The notes beneath the pieces were generated by a model. The model was not told the DNA's origin and searched no databases. It saw nothing but the letters and a program-made list of their open reading frames with translations. A stretch of 57,208 bases of DNA, filler included, from Sphacelaria rigidula (lineage: Eukaryota): the NCBI GenBank assembly GCA_964200075.2. It is 4 parts of 4 records of this genome, joined end to end, with 100 filler letters (N's around TTAATTAATTAA, not from the genome) between each part and the next. Parts side by side here need not be neighbours in the genome. Positions count along the whole stretch, not along the records: positions 1 to 14,229 come from CAXNAA020002368.1; positions 14,330 to 28,556 come from CAXNAA020002369.1; 2 more parts are not named here. One strand, written 5' to 3'. Every line of letters begins with the position of its first letter. The first letter of the stretch is position 1. Position numbers and translations under genes: made by a program. Positions 12,255-22,842 of the stretch are shown here, piece by piece.

Positions 12255-12895
12255 ACATCCCTGTCCGCGTCTTAGACGGCCCAGCCTGTACTGTACAACC
12301 TTTGTTGCCCGTGGCACTGTTTGGTCTGTAGGCGCGCCCGAACGTTCGTGAAAGTCGACTCCCGTGATCTGCCTAGACCGTGATCGACTTTCCTTCGCGG
12401 CAGGATTGAATTTCGATCCCTTTCAGAGGAGCATGGACAGAGCCCATAATTGTGTTTTGCCACGACCCGTTTCTGGCCAAAGAAGGGCATGGATCGACCC
12501 ACGTTTGTCCGTTGCCCTTATTATTATTTTCATCGTCTCCACGGCAGCGTGTGAATCAGCAGGTTGGTCTGCTGTTCACGGTGAATATTTACATCGAGTG
12601 AATTCGAACAACTGAAGAAGTTATCGTGTGATGAGATATATATGAACTTTTAGGCTGGCTAACCTCGTACAACTGGAATCCGAGGGGCACAGCTGAGAGA
12701 TTATGTACACTCGACAACAAACTTCACTCCTGAAGGATTCATGCTACACTCTCCAAGGCTACTCCATTCGATAGACTTTTCTAGTCAACAGAAACAAGTC
12801 AGATCGGGCCACAAGACCACCTGGGTAACCCGTCGGAACCGAACACCGTACAGCTATTTTTCGAGACTGATTTCCATCGGCATGACCTCACTGAC

Positions 12896-13105
12896 CTCAA
12901 TCTGACACGCCAGCTGCAACAGCTCCTCGTGGCCCCACATTGGCAGTCGGTGTCCTGCCAACACCAACCCGCCGATCAATCCCGCTACGATAGCGGCCGA
13001 AGAGCTGCCCATGCCACGGGCGTACGGGATACGGTTGACGCACCGGTAGCGCAGCGGTGGCATGGGCTTTCCCGCTGCCTCGAATGCTGCTCGCGCGCCC
13101 GTGAC
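12896..13105 (-). CDS. thrB: Homoserine kinase exon with GHMP ATP-binding loop
   Basis: cag|GTC...ATT GAG|gtcagt, 210 nt; VTGARAAFEAAGKPMPPLRYRCVNRIPYARGMGSSSAAIVAG...LACQIE contains PxxxGxGSSxA. Confidence 0.95.
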
Positions 13106-13470
13106 CTGTCCAAGGGCGGCGAGGGTGGATAGGGTATCTCAAGGCATGAGGCTCGAGGTCTCCGAAAGTAGGTGCCAAGATCGCCTTGGCTCTTTGGTTT
13201 GGCGGGGCGGTATGTTATCCGCGGGTTCTCTCATACACGGACGGTGCACACACCGACTCAACATCCTAACATATCCTACTCTTCGATTTTGACACTCCAC
13301 AATACTTGATGCACATCAAGCGTACCAGGGCGAAGGAATGGGTTCCGAGTGCACACTACCAAAGTGTAGTAGCAAAACACGTCATCTCACAAACACATTT
13401 GGCCAGCACCTCCGAACAGACAGCAGTACGATGTATCTGCGGTCATGCGATTGTCAAGAGTAGTCCTCAC

Positions 13471-13534
13471 CAATAGATTAGTCTCGTCCAGCGGCACTTC
13501 CTCGAAGCCTGCCCCTTCGAACGTTATCTCAAAC
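13471..13534 (-). CDS. thrB: Homoserine kinase, first visible exon (upstream exons not in this contig)
   Basis: tag|G TTT GAG...AAT CTA TTG|gtgagg; encodes FEITFEGAGFEEVPLDETNLL, the GHMP-kinase 'P.D..NL' segment; in phase with the next exon. Confidence 0.85.
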
Positions 13535-13670
13535 CTACCCCAGCAAGAAAAGTAAACGCAAAGTGAAACATGAATATATCAGTGGGGTAAAAAATAAATA
13601 GAGGAAGGAAGAAAGTAAGGGGAACCCAATACCGAAGGAAAAGCAAAACAAACATGCACATGAGCACAGT

Positions 13671-13705
13671 TAGAGCTAGAGCTAGAGCTAGAGCTAGAGC
13701 TAGAG
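13671..13705. repeat. (TAGAGC)n microsatellite, about 6 units
   Basis: Direct reading. Confidence 0.95.
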
Positions 13706-14156
13706 AACGTGGTCGAAGTTGCAAGGCAAAGAGACATGAGAGAAGTCGACAACCCCCAGGACGAGCCAGGGGTATCTCCGTTTTCCCTGAGACCCTTTCC
13801 TCTCTCGCCCATTCCAAGTCAGGGGAAAGTAGGTCACCCTTTCGACCAAATCCATCTCGGATTCCTCGTGGGCTGTTGCTGCTTGCAATGCCAGCGGAGG
13901 CAGCTCTCCTTGCGGCGGCTGTCGGGGTAGCAGCCTCTATATGTGACGTAGATTGGATTGGCGGAATGATGGATTGGCATCGGCCTCCCCGTCACCACCA
14001 TTTCTCGAATTCCCCCCTTTCTCTCGCGATCCCTAGGTGCAATTTGCTCATATTCTTGACGCCAGCAGCCCAGTCATACGAGCCTTCGATTTCCTTACCG
14101 TAGACAAACATCTTATTTCGGGATATCTCCACGAAGGCACGCAGGATCTCCGCGAG

Positions 14157-14193
<37 letters not shown>

Positions 14194-14229
14194 ACACTTC
14201 ACACCCAACCAACAAACACCCCCACCCCC

Positions 14230-14329
14230 NNNNNNNNNNNNNNNNNNNNNNNNNNNNNNNNNNNNNNNNNNNNTTAATTAATTAANNNNNNNNNNNNNNN
14301 NNNNNNNNNNNNNNNNNNNNNNNNNNNNN
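14230..14329. other. Artificial contig spacer (N44-TTAATTAATTAA-N44)
   Basis: 100-nt linker with stop codons in all six frames; recurs about every 14.3 kb. Confidence 0.97.
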
Positions 14330-15270
14330 GACGCTGACCGGTCCTCCATTTCCAAAGGGATGCGTGGGCGAAGGTCGAACACCAAAGGCAACCAACAAAG
14401 GACACCCCCCCCCCCCCCCCATACCCCCCTCATATGACTATAGCATGCATGATCTTGAGTACACCCCATACCCCCCTCGGGGGATGGGGAGAGGGAGGCT
14501 GGGTATCACAAAAACCAGAGCCCGGCTACCGCTTGACTGTATGAGTAAAGCACATACAGTGTGTACCGCCCGTGTGGCCCACCGTTGATCCAGCATGACC
14601 ATGTGCTCTTACGGGGAACATAAGGGTGTTCGTGAGATACCTTCGGCGACGACTGAATGTCTGGTGATTTCCCGTCAGCAAGTCAGCAGCTGGAGAGTTT
14701 GTTTCCGTTGTCCCGTCGAGCGTCTGGCGAATTTTCGGCACTGTTAGTTGGACACAATTCATTGCCGGCGTCGGTGATCATCGGAGAAACTGAGGTTGTT
14801 TGTCCGACCAAATTAACGATCAGACACCCCACGGTCTTGCGGTCCGAATACTGTCTGCACTGCATTCATTCACTGTACGCTGCGCTCATGGTGCACCAAT
14901 ACTGCACATCTTTAGCGGACCCAGCAGGCAGTGGTATTCGACGTCCCGTGCGATGAGTATCCAACCAGCAACTAGCGTTGTTCATGCGTGGTGCTACCTA
15001 GTCCCTTGCCAGCCACCGTGCATTTTCGATAGAACTTTGAAGCTGAATGAAATCATGACGCCCGCCCGACGCCGCTAATCGCGTCAAATACCACACTGCA
15101 TGGAGCTGCTGACCACTGCTTGGGTGAAGAAGGTTGTACATCGTTACTAAAACTAAAGTACTGTATTGCTCGTGTGTCTCGGCCACCCTGCTGTACAGCA
15201 ACTACTTAATCTCTTCCCCCCCCCGCCCCTCCCCGGCTAAGCAAAATCATGCCTCGTTTCCTGTGCTTTA

Positions 15271-16150
15271 CACCCACTTTCGTGACGAGCACGAATCTCG
15301 ATTTTTTCTGAATCGGGGCGGAAAAAAAACGAGGGACGTCTTGTATGGACACGACTTTGTGTCAAATCGGGAGCAAAAAAATCGGGAGGTCACGATCTCG
15401 GAACGGTTTCCCCCGATTTTTCGAAAGATCGGGGGAAATCGTTCCGAGATCATCACTCCCCCCGAGTATGTTGAGGTGACGCACGTGCATTGACGTACAA
15501 TGCTACGGAACACGGCATTTGATATTTTTGCGACGGCAGCAGAAGACAGTCTCATGACAGCACAGGACGTGCCTACTGGCCGCCCCAGCTGCTGAAGCAA
15601 CTTCGCACGGGGTTTGGCAAGCGGATAATATGTGCTGACGCCATGCCCTGCGACGATAGTATTATTTTATGCTGCGCTGCGCTGCCATATGTATCACTAT
15701 AACGAACGCTACTGTACTCTCCTAGCTGTTATCGCTGTACTTGAGGAGTGATGTACGGCACTGCACTACTAAACTCTGCTCGCGCACTGTTTGTTCGATG
15801 TTCTCGCAATACCGACTGTGCCATCATGCACCACCAGACGGCATTATCATGTACTATACTGATGTAGTGTCCTGAACTGTATTATTACCCCGGGGTACCA
15901 AGGGACGACACTGTACTCGAAGGATTCTTACCGCCTGCCTGCTCTTCGGGTTCATGCACGAGTACGCAGTACCACACTCATGCAGAAAATGACGTCTGTG
16001 TACAGAACCGTTTCACAAATCTGTGATACTTTACTGTCTGTGCCATAAAAGGATCCCCCCGATTTTGAGTCCACGAATTTGATTCCCCCCGATTTTTTTC
16101 TAAATCGGGGTCCCGAAAATTTTGAGATTCGTTTGCCATAAGAGTGGGTC
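15271..16150. mobile_element. PIF/Harbinger (Tourist)-like non-autonomous element
   Basis: Imperfect TIRs CACCCACTTTCGTGACGAGCACGAATCTC / GACCCACTCTTATGGCAAACGAATCTC; TTA on both flanks (15268-15270, 16151-16153). Confidence 0.7.
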
Positions 16151-16233
16151 TTAGAGCGAGTTTTTCTTCTTCCTTTCCCTGTATGCTGCGGCAAAACCAA
16201 GCAAGTTCGAATGTGCTTGGTCAGGACAGCTCA

Positions 16234-16580
16234 GGGGGGACTTGAGAGGGACGAACTTTGGCACAGTAACCAAGACATCAGCAGCACGGTGGTATATTGT
16301 GCTGTGCTGTGCTGTACTGTACTGTATCCTCCTGTATTTTACTGTATCATCCCATACGAGATGCACGTGTGGTAAAAGAGTGAACGGATTGCAACGCGGC
16401 AGCCGTGGGGGGACTTGAGAGGGACGAACTTTGGCATAGTAACCAAGACATCAGCAGCACGGTGGTATATTGTGCTGTGCTGTGCTGTGCTGTACTGTAT
16501 CCTCCTGTATTTTACTGTATCATCCCATACGAGATGCACGTGTGGTAAAAGAGTGAACGGATTGCAACGCGGCAGCCGTG
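16234..16580. repeat. Near-identical tandem duplication, 173-bp unit x2
   Basis: GGGGGGACTTGAGAGGGACGAACTTTGGCA...GGCAGCCGTG repeated with only a few substitutions. Confidence 0.92.
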
Positions 16581-19500
16581 GCGCGTGGATAATCTTCAGT
16601 GTGACGAGGAACACATTATGATGAAATAGCAATGACACAGACACAACGCAAGGAGTATCACGATTGAGATTTTCTTCAATCTTTTCTGATTTTTCAGAGC
16701 TTCTGGGGGGAAAGTTGAACTTTTGTCAAAGTTATCGTAAAATTTTTGAAACGAATCCCACGCTATATTTTCAGAGCACTGTGAAGGCAGTCTTGAATTG
16801 ATCCATTACCTGACCTGGCTGAGAAATCTGTTTTCACATCTTTTCATTCCCGCGAACAAACAGGAGATTTCGGGAGAAACAAAAACAAAACAATTAACCG
16901 CGCCTTTGATTATCATACAGCTGAATATTTCCGAACCTCGATAGGATGTGAGGGCTCTGTCGTCGAAAATGAAAGGACTGTCGTTCTGTCGACACAGGGC
17001 ACACCTTTCTAGATTCATTCCGAAAAGCTGATGTCAGCTCACAGTCCGGATCTCGCCCCACTCTTGTGTAGGACGGTTCGGTCAGCACTCGTATGCCAGC
17101 AGCTATCGTCTCCTGCGGCATGCGAAAATCGATATAGCGCGTTCAGACGCCCGCAGAAAGATCTGCCGTAGATGCTCAACTGGAGGCAAGCTTGCCGCGG
17201 GTCTTACAGCATGTCCGAACCTGTGCCTTGTCAGACCACCGTGGATGCCGAATCTGCCAAATAACCCAAGTTGAATACAAACGGGTTTTTGATAGTTTCA
17301 CCTTGAAATCCATAACTCAACCATCAATTCAGAGCCTCGATCACCAGACCCGTCGTACCCTCAGCCTCCACCACCAGCCCACTCAAACGCCGTGTGCTGT
17401 GCTGTGCTGTACTGTGCTGTTCTAATCATTATGGGCAACATCGCGGTCGAATGGGCTCCCTTCAAGGATGAATACTGTTAATTTATTCATCATTGGCGAG
17501 TGTCGAAAGCTTTACCCTTTTTTTTGTGTGCCACCGCTCAAAATTTACCGCCCCTGGCATGTTTCACGTGCCGAGGAATGGTTGTCTGCAAAAAAGAAGA
17601 AGCAACTAGAATATTTCACAGCGAGTGGTTGTCACGGCTTTTGGTCCATTTAACATCTGTTTTTTCGCTGGCGCACTAAATAGCCACAAATTGAAGAAAT
17701 TAACCTGGAAGTATTTGAGGACAACGATTGTGAGGGGTTCATTCCCGTGTACTACACCCAAATCAGTATTTATCACATGCTGATCTTCCTCAGCACTCGA
17801 TTGCGCTAGCTACACCTGGTGAATATTGGGGGAGAAGCAGGTAGTGCTCAGGACGCGATTCCCAAGTTGGTGTTGCCGGGGGCGATTATTGGGGAGATCT
17901 ATGTCAGGGAGTGTTAATCACCGCCACTTGTCCAGAAGGCACGGTCATTTGACTCTACGGCAAGAATCAGGTGAACATTTTGGGGGAAGGTAGTTTACGC
18001 TTATACACTATAACAATGGAGATTATTTTTATCGAGCACAAATATGGAAGAGCCAGAACATGGGGCCATGTAGTCGCAGGACTCCCGACCGCGTAGATTT
18101 TAATAACTCCAATATATATTGAGTTGAAGTGATGTGTAACATATTGTTGCCATAATGTGTATTGAACATCAGCCATTCGAAATTGTTGTTTTTCCAGTAT
18201 ATATTGTGCACACTCATCTCATACCTATTACGCTGCCAACCTATATTGAACACGCTCGCGGAGGAATATATTGAGCGTTTTCGGCATCTGGTCATACATC
18301 TTTCAATGGCTCCCGCAAACCTAGAACTGTCCACCATGCTAATTCCAAACAGTTTCCAACGTACATACTGAATCAATAATATATTGTATATCATATATTG
18401 CTCCTCCTGTGGAAGACACCTCTTTGCAGTGACATATCAGAGACTGATTCCACACGTGTATGAAGAACCAGCGCATGCAGGTACAAGATAGCGACGGTCC
18501 GGAAGGACCAGATTACCGAGGACCATGTAATGCCAACGATTCTAGACAACTTGGGGCGATGCCAGGAAGAGCCTGATATCAGGACGTCCCAACATCCCCC
18601 GAGGCACTGGTGGCCCCAGGCGACCATTTCTGGTCTGACCCACTTCTTGCATACATATACAAAAGGAAATCATCCCCAGTCTCGGAGTTCTGTCGGTATC
18701 AGGATGGCAGTCTCCCCGTAGGTCTCTGTCTACTCTAGCGATACGTCATCCTCACATTGGCAACACCAAAAGAATAACTCAGGCAAGACAGGCCTTAGAA
18801 GTAAAGAACGAGGACGAGAACCGAGTGCTCCCCGACACCGGAATCACTAGGGTCTTCCAAGGAACGCTATTCCAGGTAAAACGAATGGGTCATGTGCATA
18901 GTTATTCGATTTTTGAGGGGGTATTGGCGTCATGTGTTTGGGTCAATGCGAAATTAGCCCCCTCAGTGTGCATTTTATATGTCACCCGCATGATCGATCA
19001 AACAGCGAAACGCGAAGTGAGACTCCTCAGTGTCCAGTATACGTCACCTGTATGGCAAGTCAAACAGCGAAAACGCGAAATTTTGTCTCATCAGCGTGAA
19101 TTGTATACGTCATCAGGATGGCTGATTAAACAGCGAAGCCACGTTTATGAACCAACCTCTCACCACCACAGTGCGAAAGGCATGGCAATTAAGCAAGAAG
19201 GCCGAGCTCTGGAAACGCGGTGACTCGGAATAGCACTAACGGAAATATTTACCCAACCTAGAATGCACGACGACGTCATTCCCCACCATTTAGCAAGCGA
19301 AAGAAGGAGGTGTATTGGATGGTCTCACTGCGTCCCAGCCCACAAGCCGGCGGAAATTGAAAAGTACAGGCAGTTCAATATTTCACACCCCGGTACGCGT
19401 GAAATGCAGAAAACGTGTCAACCGTCGTCTGGTGAAAACAATATCTGAGAGAAGCCTGTTTCCTGGTCAGTACAGTACCTCCTCCAGAGGGGAACCAAAA

Positions 19501-19938
19501 CAGCCCTCATTTGTGATGTGAAAGTCCATACTAGGAGCCGAATCAGAAACTCCCCATCACCGTGGCGCGGACCTCTCATGATAACCGAGGGACGATCACC
19601 GGTTGTGTACAGAATCAAAATAGGCGACGACTCTGAAGAAATGTCAGAACATTCCGCTCACTTGGAGAAATATCGTTCGTGAGAAACGCCACCCGCATCA
19701 GCTTTCGATAAGTCGAGCGAGCTGTTCCTAGGCAAACGGATACCTCTACCAGAGAGAGAGCAGCCAGACAAAATCCTGCTTACAATGGAACATCCCATCG
19801 ATATATACCGTCATGACAATGTGTTAGCAGAGTGCTCACATACGGAGTCGACATCCAAAAAAATACCGGGAAACGGAAACGGATGTGACTGTTCAACAGA
19901 CTGTTCGAGCGTCCTAGCAAAACGCTCAAGGGTTGAGC

Positions 19939-20194
19939 AGACACTTTCTACGATAGCCCCGCCCCCACCAAACCAGCTGAAAGTGTCAGCGAAAAAAATG
20001 ATCATACAGCGCCTGATCTTCGGATTCACGCTGCATGAAGCGCCTCATATTGGCGACATTGGCTCGAACGAACCCAAGTGTGGGAATTCCCAGCCTTTCG
20101 ATGTGCTCAGCCTTTCCCATTTCGATTTACGTCAAGATTTTGCCTGCCAAAACGGTGCACTTTTTTGGGGGGAGGGCTATCGTAGAAAGTGTCA
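19939..20194. mobile_element. MITE family C (256 bp), nested in the LTR element
   Basis: TIR (T/A)GACACTTTCTACGATAGCCC; GC on both flanks; second copy at 34072-34328. Confidence 0.85.
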
Positions 20195-20359
20195 GCAGTA
20201 GCCTGGGGTAACAATTCGGAGACGAATGAGAGTCACCGCCAAACCATTAACGGGGTTAGAACAATGCAGACATGAACGGAAGCATATCTGACATGTCAGT
20301 GGCGACGGGGGTGCAGCTTCCCAAGGATCACAGCCTCTGAGCGATGGGAGTAGTTGCTG

Positions 20360-21220
20360 ACCAGAAGCAAATATCATTTTGACGATGTTTCGCCGAAAGA
20401 GCACAATTCTCCCAGGTTGAAAACATCATATTCACCGCTTTGTTACAAACGCGATAACTCTGTCCTACTCCGGTGTCAGCGGAACCGAAGGCATTCCAGA
20501 ACCCGGACATGTAACCCCAGGCGCCAGTGGACCGATCAGTGTCCCAGTGCCCAGGCACGTTAAAAATAGCAGATGCATCCAGCACCGGAGTGCAAAGGCA
20601 TCTCGTGGGAACATGTCACATATGACACACTTACATGCCACAAAATGACAAGAAGCAAGGATGATGTCGATGTTTCACAAAAGAGCACAATACTCGCAAG
20701 ATAAACATCAAACCCACCGCTTTGGTACTCACACGAGGACCTTGTCCTACTTCGGTGTCAGTGGAACCGAAGGCATCCCAGAACCCGGGCATGAATGCTG
20801 CAAGCGCCTGTGGACCGAGCGGTGTCCCGGTGCCTAGTCATGTATACCTAACTGATGCAACCAGCACCAAAATGCAAAATCATCCCATGCAAAGTGTGCC
20901 ACACATGACGCAGCTACATGACACAAAATGGCAAGAAGGAAGGGTCATGTTGACGGTGCTTATCCACAAGAGCACAACGCTCACAGGTTAAAAACATACG
21001 AAGTATTAAACACCGGCTTGTTACTAACTCGAGAACGTAATCCTACTCCGGCGTCAACGGAACCGAAGGCATCCCAGAACCCGGGCAAGAATAACCCAGT
21101 CGCCCGTGGGCCGATCAGGGTCCCAGTGCCCAGTCATGCATACCAGCGGATGCAATAAGCACCAAAGTGCGCATACATCTGACGGGAACATGTCACATAT
21201 GACACAGGTACATGACAGAG
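20360..21220. repeat. Three diverged tandem units of about 280-300 bp in the LTR element 3' region
   Basis: TCCTACTYCGGYGTCARYGGAACCGAAGGCATYCCAGAACCCGG at about 20463, 20745 and 21041. Confidence 0.88.
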
Positions 21221-22589
21221 AAAACCAAAGTTAAACAGTTTGCAATACATGCACTGTTACTGACCTCAGGTAGCTGAAATTTTGCTGGGGGTGTTCACTC
21301 GATACCACAGTATAGAGAAGGGCTACCTTTACGATTAGCGGGGGCGTGACTCAATCAATGAGTGTCACTCAAGGACACTTGAACGATGATCGCCTCGTCC
21401 CCACCAGCCGCAGTACTGATGGGCTTGAGGCCCGTAGTGGGAGGGGAAGTGTGGAAGACACCTGTTTGCAGTGACCAATCAGACACTGATGCCACACATG
21501 TATAAAGAACCAGAGCATGCAGGAACAAGGTAGGAACGGTCCGAGAGGACCAGATTACCGAGGACCCTGTAATGCCAACGATTCTAGACAACTCGAGGTG
21601 ATGCCGGGATGTGCTTGATGTTAGAACGGCCCAACATCTTCCGAGGAACTGGTTGCCCCTCGGCAACCACTTCTCGTCTGACCCCCTTCTTGCTTATATA
21701 TACCAAAGGAAATCATCGCCAGCCTCGGAGTTCCTTCGGCATCAGGACGGCAGTCTCCCCCGTAGGTCTCTGTTTACTCTAGCGATACACCTTCCTCGCA
21801 AAAAAACGAAAAACTGTGACCCACAGAAAACGCAAAGGTGTTCTGGAACGGCCTCAGCGAGTAGAGCACGTCATTGCAAGGTGTCAACATCCGCCTAGAC
21901 CTCGTTTCGGGGGGAAAACGACAGAGAAGGGCCAAAAATGCACTTTTCAACAACCATTATTTTTTGTTACATATGAAGTAGCCTAGCAGCGAATAACACG
22001 ACGATAACCCGACAATAACGGGCGCAACGCATGGGAAAACGTACCAATCGCGGCTGCAGGACATGAAGCAAATCCCGAACGTCAAATGTACAGTTTAGGC
22101 CGTTTCCGCTGGTTTGTACTCTATATTTGGGCTCGTGTTCTCCGCTTTTGGGACATTTGACAAGGCTCTCGATCCCCCAATCGGGAAAATCACCACCACG
22201 CGTATTGGACAGTTTGCATCACCCCACCGAGAGGACTCTAGTCTATTTTTCCGATTCGCTTGTCTCTGAGATTTCGGGCTGAAAAATACCTCCAGGAAAC
22301 ACGTCTTGTTCTTCACTCGGATTCTTGTCTAGAGGCCGCTCACGAAATCTCTGGCCCAAGCGTATCGGAAAACTGGACTAGACTCCTTTTGGTGGGGTGG
22401 TGCAAGCTGTCCGAGACGTGTTATGGCGACTTTCTCTGTTTAGGGTAATTAGGCTGGAGTTTCGAACAAAAATGATGAAGCACTCTATATCTTGTCGGGA
22501 ATGGAAGGGACGGTATTTGAAAGACGGGCCTACGTCTCTGACCACAGGTCCGAGAGATCGGACTAGTGTGCTGGAATATAATGATGATG

Positions 22590-22590
<1 letters not shown>

Positions 22591-22658
<68 letters not shown>
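22591..22658. repeat. (AAT)n microsatellite
   Basis: Direct reading; explains the poly-N/poly-I ORFs. Confidence 0.98.
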
Positions 22659-22662
<4 letters not shown>

Positions 22663-22842
22663 TAATGGGTGTCAAAAACCTTGTCAGATGTGCCAAAAGT
22701 GGACATCACGAGCCTAACAAAAATACGAACCGTATGAAACGGCCTTACAAATGTATTTCAGAAACAATTCAGAAAGCGAACGACAACACTTACCCTGAAC
22801 ATGGCTAATGCTTTTTATTCGCAATATTTCGAGTTCTCTCAC

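Larger units (their letters stand above)
6270..12288 (+). mobile_element. IS630/Tc1/mariner-superfamily DNA transposon (6.0 kb) inside a thrB intron
   Basis: 26-bp TIRs CAGGCTGGGCCGTTTAAGAAACGGAC / CAGGCTGGGCCGTCTAAGACGCGGAC (23/26 identical); TA at 6268-6269 and 12289-12290; internal DDE transposase. Confidence 0.9.
18408..21800 (+). mobile_element. Internally deleted Ty3/Gypsy LTR retrotransposon
   Basis: LTRs 18408-18756 and 21450-21800 (TGTGGAAGACAC...CA); TGG just after the 5' LTR; polypurine tract GGGAGGGGAAG before the 3' LTR; integrase GPY/F-like remnant SPWRGPLMITEGRSPVVYRI at about 19555-19620. Confidence 0.85.

Noticed and set aside
10732..12260. Fanzor/TnpB nuclease and omega-RNA downstream of the transposase
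   Set aside because: No long ORF or RuvC/zinc-finger motifs seen on either strand; the region is made of direct and inverted repeats.
14274..14285. TTAATTAATTAA as a biological site (PacI, piggyBac TTAA)
   Set aside because: Centred in fixed N runs three times; artificial linker.
20360..21220. CRISPR-like array or repeat-spacer system
   Set aside because: Units are about 290 bp and homologous throughout, with no unique spacers and no cas genes; eukaryotic context.
22397..22808. Poly-Asn/poly-Ile ORFs
   Set aside because: Translations of the (AAT)n microsatellite.
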